35,293 nucleotides of DNA, from contig DATAPM010000188.1 in assembly GCA_036265225.1 (NCBI GenBank), positions 1-35,293 of the forward strand, given 5' to 3'. Origin of the DNA: Vulcanimicrobiaceae bacterium (GTDB taxonomy: Bacteria; Vulcanimicrobiota; Vulcanimicrobiia; Vulcanimicrobiales; Vulcanimicrobiaceae). Below, piece by piece: positions 17,696 through 27,439 of this stretch (position 1 is the first letter of the stretch; every line of letters begins with the position of its first letter). A program made the translations under genes and the position numbers. The notes under the pieces were generated by a model. It saw only the letters and a list, made by a program, of their open reading frames with translations, was not told the DNA's origin and did no database searches.

Positions 17696-19692
17696 TACCG
17701 TACGCTCCCGGCGAAGGCATAGTACGCGATGAAGCAGGCCGCACCAAAGACGAGCACTAGCGCGTAAGCGCGCACCAGACCGGTCTGAAACGAACGGAAC
17801 GCCGTGCCCAGCCAGCGCGCCCAGAAGACGACGTCGCGGACGGCGCCGTCCAGCACGCGCGGATCGAGAACGCGGCCGAAAAACGCCCCGAGACTCTGCG
17901 CGGGGCGAACGAAGAGTATGTCGATGACGTCGTCAACGTAGAACCGGTTGACCAGCAGCGCGGGCATGCCGATGCTTTCGCGACGCAGACGTTCGACCGC
18001 ATTTTGCTTCGCGCCGGCCGTGGCGTACCGGCGCCAGGCGATGGCAAAACCAATCAACACGAAGGCAAAGAGCATCGCCGACGTTGCCCACTCCGAGATG
18101 CCGAGCGTGACCGTACCGGCCGCGCCGCTCACCGGTTCGCCGCCGAAGAGCGGGGCGAAGAAGGCCGACCAGCGCGAGTCCGGGCCGCCGTACATCAGCG
18201 CGGCGCCGATCGCAACCGTCGGCACGACCAAGATGGCGACCGGCGCGTTCATTAGCCAGGCCGGTGCATGCGCGTGATGCGCCTCTTCTTCTCCCGGCGG
18301 CGGACCGGCCGGCGCCTCGCCGGCGATGCCCAAATCGGCCGGCGCGACGTCGCCGCGATACTCGCCCAAAAACGTGATGAAGAGCAGGCGGAACATGTAG
18401 TAAGCCGTGATGCCGGCGGTTACCACGCCGATGGCATAGAGCCACGGATAACCGTGCTGGAGCGCGCCATACACGACTTGATCTTTGGAGAAGAATCCGC
18501 TAAAGCCGGGGACGCCGCAGATCGACAGAACGCCGGTCAGCATCACCCAGAAAGCAAACGGCATGCGCCGCCACAAGCCGCCCATGCGCCGCACGTCCTG
18601 CTCGTTGGCCAGCGCGTGAATGATCAGGCCGGATCCTAAAAAGAGTTGAGCCTTGAAGAACGCATGCGTAAAGAAGTGCGCGACGCCGCCTTCGTAAGCG
18701 CCGACGCCGACGCCCATGATCATGTAGCCGATTTGCGACATCGTCGAATAGGCTAAGATCCTCTTGATGTCCCACTGCGCCATTCCCAAAAGCGCGCCGG
18801 CCAGCGCGGTGACGCCGCCGACGGTTCCGACGAGGATTTGCGCGTCGTGGCTGTGGTTCCAGAGCGGAGCGCAGCGCGCGACGAGATAGACGCCCGCGGT
18901 GACCATCGTTGCAGCGTGGATCAGCGCCGAGACCGGCGTCGGACCCTCCATTGCATCGGGCAACCACGTGTGAAGCGGGACTTGCGCCGACTTTGCCGCC
19001 GCGCCGATGAACAGCGCCAGGCAGATGGCAAAGAGCAGACCCGGACCTAGCGTGGCGGCTGCGGCAAACGTGTCGCCGAAACCAACCGAGTGAACGTTGG
19101 CGAAGATCAGAAAGATCGTGAACATCATGCCGACGTCGCCGACCACGTTGATGACGAAGGCTTTACGGGCCGCCGCCACGGCCGACGGACGCTCGAACCA
19201 GAAGCCGATCAAGAAATACGATGCCAAACCAACGAGGCCCCATCCGACCAGCAGCCCGACGAAGTTGTCGGAAAGGACCAGCGTGAGCATCGCAAACACG
19301 AAGAAGCTCATGTACGCAAAGAAGCGCGCGAAGGCGCGATCCCCATCCATGTAGCCCATCGAATAGAAGACGATCAAGAATCCGACGCCGGTAATGATGA
19401 ACGTCCATAGGAGCGAGAGCGGATCGAGCAGCAATCCGAAATCGAGGCCCGGCATCCACGAAAGCAGCGGCTGATGCGCCCCCAGCGCACCGCCGGCGTT
19501 CTGAGTCGCCGCGCCCCACGACAGGGCGGTGAGCACGAACGACGCGGCAACTACCGTCGACGCGACCCATCCGGCCATCGCGCGCAGCTGCGGCCCGAAT
19601 GCCCAGCAGAATAGCGCGCCGGCGAGCGGCAGCAGCCACAGCGCGACGATCAGCGGATACGATCCACTTACGCCCAGAACGTGCTGCGTCAT
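17695..19692 (-). CDS. nuoL: NADH-quinone oxidoreductase subunit L
   Basis: 665 aa and the largest antiporter-like subunit. It has WLPDAMEGPTPVSALIHAATMVTAGVYL and a long C-terminal region, as expected for the lateral helix plus final TM. Confidence 0.9.
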   Translation of the reverse strand: MTQHVLGVSGSYPLIVALWLLPLAGALFCWAFGPQLRAMAGWVASTVVAASFVLTALSWGAATQNAGGALGAHQPLLSWMPGLDFGLLLDPLSLLWTFIITGVGFLIVFYSMGYMDGDRAFARFFAYMSFFVFAMLTLVLSDNFVGLLVGWGLVGLASYFLIGFWFERPSAVAAARKAFVINVVGDVGMMFTIFLIFANVHSVGFGDTFAAAATLGPGLLFAICLALFIGAAAKSAQVPLHTWLPDAMEGPTPVSALIHAATMVTAGVYLVARCAPLWNHSHDAQILVGTVGGVTALAGALLGMAQWDIKRILAYSTMSQIGYMIMGVGVGAYEGGVAHFFTHAFFKAQLFLGSGLIIHALANEQDVRRMGGLWRRMPFAFWVMLTGVLSICGVPGFSGFFSKDQVVYGALQHGYPWLYAIGVVTAGITAYYMFRLLFITFLGEYRGDVAPADLGIAGEAPAGPPPGEEEAHHAHAPAWLMNAPVAILVVPTVAIGAALMYGGPDSRWSAFFAPLFGGEPVSGAAGTVTLGISEWATSAMLFAFVLIGFAIAWRRYATAGAKQNAVERLRRESIGMPALLVNRFYVDDVIDILFVRPAQSLGAFFGRVLDPRVLDGAVRDVVFWARWLGTAFRSFQTGLVRAYALVLVFGAACFIAYYAFAGSVR

Positions 19693-19704
19693 CGGGTCGC
19701 TTGG

Positions 19705-20010
19705 CTAACCATGCAGGGTCCGTATGTCGTCGACGTCGACATATTTCTCGGGGCGGAAGGTCGTAACGATAATAGCCAGCCCGATGGCGGCTTCGGCTGC
19801 AGCCACGGTAATAACTAGGAACGCAAAGATTTGGCCGGCGTTTTGCAGCCAAAGACGGGCGTACGCAATGAGCAGCAGGTTGGCAGCGTTGAACATCAGC
19901 TCGATGCTCATCAGCATCACCAGCGGATTGCGCCTCACGATGACGCCGGCGACGCCGATGAAGAACATGACTGTGGCCAGTGCCAGATAGTTGCCGATCG
20001 GTACGGGCAT
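19705..20010 (-). CDS. nuoK: NADH-quinone oxidoreductase subunit K
   Basis: 101 aa, three TMs, with the LMSIELMFNAANL motif. The start overlaps the nuoJ stop (TGATG). Confidence 0.9.
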   Translation of the reverse strand: MPVPIGNYLALATVMFFIGVAGVIVRRNPLVMLMSIELMFNAANLLLIAYARLWLQNAGQIFAFLVITVAAAEAAIGLAIIVTTFRPEKYVDVDDIRTLHG

Positions 20011-20597
20011 CAGTTCTTACCCTCGCGCAGGATCGCTTCGCGCATCGCGCGGTCGGCCTTGACGCGGCTGCGGTGGGCGTCGGCGTCTTGCATCTGCTCG
20101 CCGCCCAAGGTGATGACGCCGATGATCGCCACCATCAGGATGAGGGCGGTGACCTCAAAGGGCAGCAGCTGCACGGTGAAGAGCGCTTTGCCGAAGTCGG
20201 CGACGCTTCCGAATACGCCCGGCATCCCAACCGCGGGAGTATGCGGAGCCGGCGGATGGACCGTCGTGGAGAGCGCGTAAATCACGAAGCCAAATGCCAC
20301 AAAAATAATGAATCCGGCCGGCAGCCCAATTCGCGGCATACGGTTCGGTCCGGTCGGGAATGGCCCGACGCCGCTGCCGAGCAGCGCGATGACGAAGACG
20401 AACAACACTAAGATCGCGCCGGAGTAGACGATGATTTGGATGACGGCCAAAAACTCGGCCGAAAGCGTGACGTAGAGCACCGCGAGCGCGGCAAAATTAA
20501 TCAGCAGTGCGACGACGCTATAGACGGGCTTATGCGCGCTGATCGTCCAGACGGCGCTGGCGATCAGGATCGGCGCGAGCACCCAAAAGGCGATCAC
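20010..20597 (-). CDS. nuoJ: NADH-quinone oxidoreductase subunit J
   Basis: Start refined to the GTG at 20597 (VIAFWVLAPILIASAV), overlapping the nuoI stop as GTGA. The 21 upstream codons are hydrophilic. The motif VIQIIVYSGAILVLFVFV is present. Confidence 0.85.
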   Translation of the reverse strand: MIAFWVLAPILIASAVWTISAHKPVYSVVALLINFAALAVLYVTLSAEFLAVIQIIVYSGAILVLFVFVIALLGSGVGPFPTGPNRMPRIGLPAGFIIFVAFGFVIYALSTTVHPPAPHTPAVGMPGVFGSVADFGKALFTVQLLPFEVTALILMVAIIGVITLGGEQMQDADAHRSRVKADRAMREAILREGKN

Positions 20598-21223
20598 GTG
20601 CCGTCGCCCTTCAACTCGGTCAGCCCCTTGTGCTGCGTCTTGAGGATCTCGCCGCGCCACGTCGCGTCGTAGCCGGGGTCCACGTCGACGGTAGATTTAA
20701 TTCCAGCCACGCGCCCGAGGTCGCCGGGGATGCCGCCGGGACGATCGTCGGGAGCCGAGCCGACGCCGGCATCGGGTGGAACGAGCAGACGGTCTTTATC
20801 GTAGACGAACGAGCCGCGGCGAAAATCTGCCATCTCAAAGCGCGGCGTGAGTACGATCGCATCGGTCGGGCACGCCTCTTCGCACATTCCACAGAAGATG
20901 CAGCGCAGCTCGTCGATTTCGTAGCGCGCCGCATAGCGCTCGCCGGGCGATCGACGGTCGAGCGGGGCGTTCTCCGCGCCGATTACGGTGATCGCGTTTG
21001 CCGGACAGACGCTCGAGCAAAGCTCGCAGCCGATGCAGCGCTCCTTGCCGTCGCCATAGCGGCGCAGCTCGTGCAGTCCGTGAAAACGCGGCGCGTGCTG
21101 CTTCTTGACCGACGGGTACTGAATCGTCGGCCGTTTGCGGAACATGAAGCCGAACGTAATGGAGAGACCGCGCAGGATCGCTCCGACGTTAAAAAGATGC
21201 TTGCGCGAGGACGTCGTTTCCAT
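20594..21223 (-). CDS. nuoI: NADH-quinone oxidoreductase subunit I (2x[4Fe-4S] ferredoxin-type)
   Basis: Two cluster motifs: CIGCELCSSVCP and CIFCGMCEEACP. Located between nuoH and nuoJ. Confidence 0.9.
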   Translation of the reverse strand: METTSSRKHLFNVGAILRGLSITFGFMFRKRPTIQYPSVKKQHAPRFHGLHELRRYGDGKERCIGCELCSSVCPANAITVIGAENAPLDRRSPGERYAARYEIDELRCIFCGMCEEACPTDAIVLTPRFEMADFRRGSFVYDKDRLLVPPDAGVGSAPDDRPGGIPGDLGRVAGIKSTVDVDPGYDATWRGEILKTQHKGLTELKGDGT

Positions 21224-21224
21224 C

Positions 21225-22205
21225 TTATCCCCTGTAGGCCACGACCACGGCGGTAATGACGAGATTGAGCATGGCGACCGGCAGTAAGAACTTCCAGCCG
21301 AAGGCCATCAGACGGTCGTAGCGCAGACGCGGCAGCGTTGCCCGAAGCCACATGTAAAAGAACATGAAGCTCGCGACCTTGATCACGAACCAAGCCACCG
21401 GCGGAACGAAGGTCCACCCGAACGGGGCGTTCCAGCCGCCGAAAAAGATCAGCGTCGCGATGCACGAGACGGTGAGCATGTTCACGTATTCGGCGATGAA
21501 GAAGAGACCGAAGCGCAGGCCCGAGTACTCCGTATGGAAGCCGGCGACCAGCTCGGTTTCGGCTTCGACTAGGTCGAAGGGAGCGCGATTGGTTTCCGCT
21601 ACTGCGGTGATGATGTAGATGATGCAGCCCAGAAACTGAGGCAGGAAGAACCACCAGCGTACTTGCGCCTTAACGATGCCGTCAAGCGAGGTAGTTCCGG
21701 CGAGAATCAGCACGCCGATGAGCGAGAGCGACATCGCCAGTTCGTAGCTGATCATCTGCGCCGTCGAGCGCACGCTGCCGAGCAAAGGGTACTTCGAACC
21801 CGAAGCCCAGCCGCCCAAACAGATCCCGTACACGCCCAGCGAGGTAATCGCCAAGATGAAAAGGATACCGGCGTTGACGTTGCCGACCGCCCACGTTTCG
21901 CCCGAGCGTGAGGCGCCGAACGGGATGACCGCGTAGACGGAAAACGCCGTCACCAGCGAGATGAACGGCGCAAGCTTATAGAGCAACCGATCCGCGGTCT
22001 CCGGCGTCAGATCTTCTTTTAGGATCAGCTTTGCGGCGTCGGCCGCGGGCTGCAGCAAGCCCCACGGACCTACGCGGTTGGGCCCGGGGCGCAACTGCAT
22101 CCAGCCCAGGATCTTGCGCTCGGCAAGCATCGCGTACGCAAACGCCGTGACGACGACGAAGAGCAGCAGCACCGATTTGATGAGCGTCAGCAGCCACAAG
22201 GACAT
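21225..22205 (-). CDS. nuoH: NADH-quinone oxidoreductase subunit H
   Basis: 326-aa polytopic protein with AERKILGWMQLRPGPNRVGPWGLLQP and ETNRAPFDLVEAETELVAGFHTEYSG, both hallmark NuoH/ND1 motifs. Confidence 0.92.
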   Translation of the reverse strand: MSLWLLTLIKSVLLLFVVVTAFAYAMLAERKILGWMQLRPGPNRVGPWGLLQPAADAAKLILKEDLTPETADRLLYKLAPFISLVTAFSVYAVIPFGASRSGETWAVGNVNAGILFILAITSLGVYGICLGGWASGSKYPLLGSVRSTAQMISYELAMSLSLIGVLILAGTTSLDGIVKAQVRWWFFLPQFLGCIIYIITAVAETNRAPFDLVEAETELVAGFHTEYSGLRFGLFFIAEYVNMLTVSCIATLIFFGGWNAPFGWTFVPPVAWFVIKVASFMFFYMWLRATLPRLRYDRLMAFGWKFLLPVAMLNLVITAVVVAYRG

Positions 22206-22208
22206 CGC

Positions 22209-24197
22209 TTAACTCCTCAATCCCGCAACCCACGGATCGTGCAGCCAGGTCCCGCCACCCGAAAGAATTCGCGCCGCGCCGTTTGGCGGCGCGCCGCCGG
22301 CGATGCCTTCGCGAGCGAACTCGAGCCGCTCGTCGCCGAAAGTAAAGTCGCACGCCGCGGCAACCGCCGCGACGACGGCGCCATGCAGCTCTTCCTCAAA
22401 CGGCAGCGTCACGCCGAGCTGCTCGGCGAGCCCGCGTACGATGTCGAGATCGGAGCGCGCAGAGTCGGGCGCATCGAGCGAAAGGTTGACCGGAAGCAGG
22501 TCGCCGGCGAGATTGGTGGTCGTTCCGCTCTTCTCAAAAGCGCCGGCGGCGGGCAGCACGAGGCTGGCGCGCTGCGCGGTCTCGGTCATGAAGATTTCGC
22601 TGACGACCAGGAAACCGACGCTCTGAAGCGCCGAGGCCACGGCCGCCGCATCCGGTCCGTTACGAACGGGATTCGCTCCGAAAATCGAGAGCACGGCCAT
22701 CTGACCGCGGCGGGCGCGGTCGAGCATCGCGTAGGTGTCGAGCCCTTGAGCTGCAGTTGCAAAGCCCGGTCCCTTACCAGGAAGCATCCCCATCGCTTCG
22801 GCACCGCGCGCGTTGGATTGTTCGCCGGTAACGTACGTCGAAAGCTCGCTCACGCCGGAGAAGACCTGCGCGTAGGCGCGAGCGAGCGCCAGATCGACGC
22901 CGTCCCAAATAAGCGCGACGCGTACGGCGTCGCCCACGGCCGAACGTGCCTCGCCGGGCGTCGCCGCCGTAACGATCTTCGCTCCCTTACGCGCGGCCTT
23001 TCGCACGCGCAGCCACAACACCGGTGCGCGCTCCTGCGGAGACTCGCCGATAACGACGACGGCTTGCGCGCCTTCGAGCGCGTCGAGCGTTCCGCCCTGC
23101 GCGCCGGGATTGGCTTGGCGCTGCCGGCCGGAGCGCCAATCGAGATTGTTGACGCCCGCCGAGCGAAAGACGTGCTGCAGCGCATAGGCCTCTTCGTTCG
23201 TTAGGCGGCCGCCGCCGATAGCGCCGACGCTGGTCACGCCGTGCGCATCAATCGCGTCGCGAACGGCCTTGGCCCACAGGATGAAGGCATCGTCCCAGCC
23301 GATCTGCACGAACCGTCCGTCTTTACGGAAGAGCGGCTGCTTTAGACGATCGGGTGACTGATAGAAACCGATGTTATAGCGTCCGCGATCGCAGAGCCAG
23401 CCGTCGGAGATCGGATCGTCCTCGACCAGCGTGGTGCGCAACGCGTTACCGTGACGCACGTCGACGAACTGCTGGCAGCCGACGGGGCATTGCGTGCAGC
23501 TGGTCTGCGTGCGCTGCAGATCCCACGGCCTCGAGCGGAAGCGATAGGTCTTCGACGTCAGCGCCCCAACCGGGCAGAGCTCGGTCACGTTGCCGGTAAA
23601 GTTGTGGTTGTACGGACGTCCCGTCGCCGTCGCGATGATGTCGCGCGAGCCGCGATCTTTGACCACCAGCTGCTGTTCGTCGGCGATGATGTCGTCGAAG
23701 CGAACGCAGCGCTGACAGACGATGCAGCGCTCTTCGTCGAGCACGATGGTCGGACCCAGATCGACGGCTTTCGGCTTGGAGAGTTTGGGATCCGCGACGT
23801 CCGAGGTGCCGCGCGCGTAGGCCATGGCGTAGTCCTGCAGATCGCACTCGCCACCCTTATCGCAGATGGGACAATCCAGCGGATGATTCACCAAGAAGAG
23901 CTCGAGCACCATGGCCCGCGCCGCTTCGACCTTCGGACCGCTCGTGCGTACGACCATTCCGTCGGTCGCCGCCGTGTTGCAGGCGATCTGAAGCTTCGGC
24001 ATGCCGTCGATTTCGACCAGACAGATGCGGCAGAGACCGGCCGGCCCTAACTTGGTGTGATAACAGTAGATCGGGATTTCTTGATCGACGGTCTTGGCTG
24101 CCTCGACCAGCAGCGTGCCCTTCGGAACGCTGACCGGCACGCCGTCGATGGTAATATTGACGATCTCGGAACTCGGTGCGAGCAGCGGAGTACTCAT
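22209..24197 (-). CDS. nuoG: NADH-quinone oxidoreductase subunit G
   Basis: Start refined to the ATG at 24197 (MSTPLLAPSSEIVNITIDG), overlapping the nuoF stop as ATGA. Cluster motifs: 2Fe-2S region CYHTKLGPAGLCRICLV, then HPLDCPICDKGGECDLQD, CIVCQRCVRF and CPVGAL, plus CTQCPVGC. 662 aa. Confidence 0.9.
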   Translation of the reverse strand: MSTPLLAPSSEIVNITIDGVPVSVPKGTLLVEAAKTVDQEIPIYCYHTKLGPAGLCRICLVEIDGMPKLQIACNTAATDGMVVRTSGPKVEAARAMVLELFLVNHPLDCPICDKGGECDLQDYAMAYARGTSDVADPKLSKPKAVDLGPTIVLDEERCIVCQRCVRFDDIIADEQQLVVKDRGSRDIIATATGRPYNHNFTGNVTELCPVGALTSKTYRFRSRPWDLQRTQTSCTQCPVGCQQFVDVRHGNALRTTLVEDDPISDGWLCDRGRYNIGFYQSPDRLKQPLFRKDGRFVQIGWDDAFILWAKAVRDAIDAHGVTSVGAIGGGRLTNEEAYALQHVFRSAGVNNLDWRSGRQRQANPGAQGGTLDALEGAQAVVVIGESPQERAPVLWLRVRKAARKGAKIVTAATPGEARSAVGDAVRVALIWDGVDLALARAYAQVFSGVSELSTYVTGEQSNARGAEAMGMLPGKGPGFATAAQGLDTYAMLDRARRGQMAVLSIFGANPVRNGPDAAAVASALQSVGFLVVSEIFMTETAQRASLVLPAAGAFEKSGTTTNLAGDLLPVNLSLDAPDSARSDLDIVRGLAEQLGVTLPFEEELHGAVVAAVAAACDFTFGDERLEFAREGIAGGAPPNGAARILSGGGTWLHDPWVAGLRS

Positions 24198-25459
24198 GCC
24201 GGTTGCACCGCCTTTTCTTGGACGATGCGCGCGCGGAACTGTTCGGGGAACCGCGTCATGACCGATTTCAGAAACGGCTCGATCGAGTCGCCCAGCGCGC
24301 AGAGATTCAACCCGGTGATCGTGCTGGAAACGCGGCGCAGCATCTCTTCGTCGCCCGGAATCCCGCGGCGCTCGACAAGACGCTCGAGCACGCGCTCCAT
24401 CCAACTGCTGCCTTCGCGGCAGGGGGTGCACTGTCCGCACGATTCGTGCGCGAAAAAGCGCACGAGGTTGTATGCCGCCGCGACGAAGTCCGTCGTGTCG
24501 TCGAAGACGACGAAAGCGCCCGAACCGAGCATCGAACCGGCTTTGGCCATGCTCTCGTAATCGTACGGCCAATCGAGATGCTCCTCGAAGATGCAGGCCG
24601 ACGAACCGCCGCCGGGCTGCACCGCCGCAAAGGTTCGTCCGGGGCGCAATCCGCCTGCCAGATCGATGATTTCGCGTACCGTCGTACCTAAGGGGACCTC
24701 GTAGTTTCCGGGCTTCTGCACGTGTCCCGATACGGAAACGATCTTATAGCCTTTGCTGCGCTCGGTGCCGACGGCGGCGAACCACTGCGGGCCGTTGCGC
24801 AGGATCGGAACGAGATACGCGAGCGTCTCGACGTTGTTTACGACCGTCGGCATGCCGTAGAGACCCTCGATGGCCGGGAACGGCGGTTTGAGCCGCGGCT
24901 CGCCGCGCTTACCCTCGAGCGAGTTGAGCAGGCCGGTCTCTTCGCCGCAAATGTAGGCGCCGGCACCGCGATGCACGGTAATCTCCAAGTCGTAACCGCT
25001 GCCGAAGAGGTTGTTGCCGACGTAGCCGGCGTTGCGCGCTTCTTCGAGGGCGGCGCAGAAAATCTCGTAACCGCGCTTGAACTCGCCGCGGATATAGATG
25101 AATGCATGATGCGCCGCAATGCCGTACGCCCCGATCAGCATCCCTTCGATAATAAGATGTGGCGCGTACTCCAGGAGCATGTGGTCTTTGAACGTGCCGG
25201 GCTCGGCTTCGTCGCAGTTGCAGACCAGATAGCGCAGCGGCTTACTAGCCGGAAGAAACGACCACTTCTTGCCGGTTGGGAAGCCGGCACCCCCGCGCCC
25301 GCGCAATCCCGACTGCTCGGCCATGTCGAGCACGTCGCTCGGTTTGAGCTCGCGCACGGCGCGCTCCCATTGCACGTACCCGCCACGCTCGCGATAGACC
25401 AGCATCGAACGCAGATCGACTTCGCCGATGCCTTCGGTCAAGACTTTAGTGACCGGCAT
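24194..25459 (-). CDS. nuoF: NADH-quinone oxidoreductase subunit F (NADH/FMN-binding)
   Basis: Start refined to the ATG at 25459 (MPVTKVLTEG). GLRGRGGAGFPTGKKWSF, CNCDEAEPGTFKD and ESCGQCTPCREG are canonical NuoF motifs. Confidence 0.9.
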   Translation of the reverse strand: MPVTKVLTEGIGEVDLRSMLVYRERGGYVQWERAVRELKPSDVLDMAEQSGLRGRGGAGFPTGKKWSFLPASKPLRYLVCNCDEAEPGTFKDHMLLEYAPHLIIEGMLIGAYGIAAHHAFIYIRGEFKRGYEIFCAALEEARNAGYVGNNLFGSGYDLEITVHRGAGAYICGEETGLLNSLEGKRGEPRLKPPFPAIEGLYGMPTVVNNVETLAYLVPILRNGPQWFAAVGTERSKGYKIVSVSGHVQKPGNYEVPLGTTVREIIDLAGGLRPGRTFAAVQPGGGSSACIFEEHLDWPYDYESMAKAGSMLGSGAFVVFDDTTDFVAAAYNLVRFFAHESCGQCTPCREGSSWMERVLERLVERRGIPGDEEMLRRVSSTITGLNLCALGDSIEPFLKSVMTRFPEQFRARIVQEKAVQPA

Positions 25460-26222
25460 GCGCGCTCTCTTCGTCGACGGTATCGACCACGGCGCGCGAG
25501 TCGACGACGGCGCGCTCGGTGGTGCCGGTAAACTGATAGACCTGTTTGTTGACAAAGCGGTCCAGCATGATCACGCCGCTGGGATCGCCGATGCCGCCGG
25601 CATTGTTGGGGCGGGGAACGTCGCGCGCGCCGGGAGACTTCGTGCCCGTGGAAATCTGGTCGTCCTGGGCGACCGTCCACGTAGATCCCGGCTTGTCCGT
25701 CTGCACCATCGGCGCGACCGCATAGCTGCCGGCGCGGATAGACTCGAGAATCTCGTCGATCTTCTGCGGCGTCAAATCGTAAACGAACTCCAAGTTCACC
25801 TGCATGCAGGTCGCGCGGTCGCAGGCCGCCAGACACTCGACTTCTTCGTAAGAAAAGAGGCCGTCGGGCGTCGTCGCAAGATGGCCAACGCCAAGCTTTT
25901 CACGAAAATACGCCATGATATCTTCGGCACCGTTAATGCTGCACGCCAGCCCGCGACACACCTGAAGCGCATACTTCCCAACCGGACGCTGATACAATAG
26001 CGTATAAAAGGACAACGTCCCCTCAACCTCGGCCGGCGTAATCTCGAGAAGCTGCGCCATCGCGTCGATCGCTTCCCGGCTCACGTACCCCTCATGCTTC
26101 TGAAACAGATGCATGAGCGCAAGCAACGCCGACCGCCTCTGTTCGTACTGCGCAATAATGCCGACGCACTCGCCCATCAATCGCTCGAGCAGGGCGGGAA
26201 AGTCTTTTTGCCGCTGAGTCAT
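25446..26222 (-). CDS. nuoE: NADH-quinone oxidoreductase subunit E (2Fe-2S) with a C-terminal extension
   Basis: CRGLAC...ECLAACDRATC supplies the thioredoxin-like 2Fe-2S ligands. The ATG overlaps the nuoD stop (ATGA). The 3' end overlaps the nuoF start by 14 nt. About 90 extra Gly/Pro/Asp-rich residues follow the core fold. Confidence 0.88.
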   Translation of the reverse strand: MTQRQKDFPALLERLMGECVGIIAQYEQRRSALLALMHLFQKHEGYVSREAIDAMAQLLEITPAEVEGTLSFYTLLYQRPVGKYALQVCRGLACSINGAEDIMAYFREKLGVGHLATTPDGLFSYEEVECLAACDRATCMQVNLEFVYDLTPQKIDEILESIRAGSYAVAPMVQTDKPGSTWTVAQDDQISTGTKSPGARDVPRPNNAGGIGDPSGVIMLDRFVNKQVYQFTGTTERAVVDSRAVVDTVDEESAHAGH

Positions 26223-27439
26223 CGGTCGACCTCACCGAACACCGGGTCGAGGGAGCCGATCATCACGACCAGATCGGCAATAAGATTCCCCGGAGCGATC
26301 CCCTTGAGCGCCTGAAGGTTGTAGAGGCTCGGCGGGCGGACGCGGACGCGGTACGGCCGGTTCTCGCCATTGCTCACGAGATAGTAACCGAGTTCGCCGC
26401 GCGGCCCCTCGATCGCGTGGTAGACGTCTCCCGGCGGTACGCGGAAGCCTTCGCTGATAAGTTTGAAGTGATGGATCAGCGCTTCCATCGAGAGCGCGAT
26501 CGTCTCTTTGGGTGGAAGCGCGACCTTCGGGTCGTCGATCATCACCGGACCGGGCGTGTCGAGCCGTTTACGCGCCTGCTCGACGATGCGCATCGACTCT
26601 TCCATCTCGTCGAGACGCACCAGAAAGCGGGCATAGGCGTCGGCTTCGACGCGCGTCGGAATATCGAACTGATACGTTTCGTACCCGCAGTACGGGAACG
26701 CGCGGCGCACGTCGTAAGCGATTCCGCTAGCGCGAAGTGCCGGACCGGTAACGCTCCATTGCAACGCCTCTTCCGGGGTGAGGACGCCCACGTCGATGGT
26801 GCGATCCTGAAAGATCGGATTGGCTTGCAGCAGACCGCGCAGCTCGCGCAGGCGTCCGGGAAACTTCTCGATGACGGCGTCGAGCCGTTCGATATAACCC
26901 TGCGGCAGATCGCCGTTGAGCCCGCCGATACGAATGTAGTTCGGGTGCATGCGAGCGCCGCCGGTTGCCTCTTGGAGGTCTAAGATATTTTCGCGCAGGT
27001 CGAAACAGTAGAAAAATACCGAGATTGCGCCTAAGTCGATGCCGTGCGTGCCGAGCCAAACGCAGTGCGAAGCGATGCGCGTGAGTTCCATCTGGAGGAC
27101 GCGCACGACTTGTGCGCGCGGCGGGATGCGATCGGTAATGCCCAACAGCTTTTCGGCGGCGAGCGCGTAACCCAACGCGTTAGAAGAAGGCGCGAGATAG
27201 TCCATGCGCTCGAGCGCCGTTTGCGCCTGGGTCCAGAAGAGCCCTTCGGCGGTCTTTTCGATTCCGGTATGGAGATAGCCGATCTCGGGATCCGCCTTGA
27301 CCACGTTCTCACTGTCGATCTCCAAGACGATCTGCAGCACGCCGTGGGTTGACGGATGCTGCGGACCCATCGAGAGCACCATCGTATTTTCCGACTGGCT
27401 CACGACCTCCGGCATCGCGGGGTTGACGGAGAGCGTCAC
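26219..27439 (-). CDS. nuoD: NADH-quinone oxidoreductase subunit D
   Basis: LSMGPQHPSTHGVLQIVLEID near the N-terminus and a C-terminal IGSLDPVFGEVDR are NuoD signatures. Start taken as the GTG at 27439, overlapping the nuoC stop as GTGA. The ATG at 27415 is an alternative. Confidence 0.88.
   Translation of the reverse strand: MTLSVNPAMPEVVSQSENTMVLSMGPQHPSTHGVLQIVLEIDSENVVKADPEIGYLHTGIEKTAEGLFWTQAQTALERMDYLAPSSNALGYALAAEKLLGITDRIPPRAQVVRVLQMELTRIASHCVWLGTHGIDLGAISVFFYCFDLRENILDLQEATGGARMHPNYIRIGGLNGDLPQGYIERLDAVIEKFPGRLRELRGLLQANPIFQDRTIDVGVLTPEEALQWSVTGPALRASGIAYDVRRAFPYCGYETYQFDIPTRVEADAYARFLVRLDEMEESMRIVEQARKRLDTPGPVMIDDPKVALPPKETIALSMEALIHHFKLISEGFRVPPGDVYHAIEGPRGELGYYLVSNGENRPYRVRVRPPSLYNLQALKGIAPGNLIADLVVMIGSLDPVFGEVDR

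Noticed and set aside
24198-24572. 125-codon N-terminal extension of the nuoG ORF
   Set aside because: The extension is Arg-rich and lies entirely within the nuoF coding sequence. MSTPLL...ITIDG matches the normal NuoG N-terminus and gives an ATGA overlap with nuoF. Analogous extensions were rejected for nuoN (16287-16406), nuoJ (20598-20660), nuoF (25460-25555), nuoD (27440-27688) and nuoB (28500-28742).
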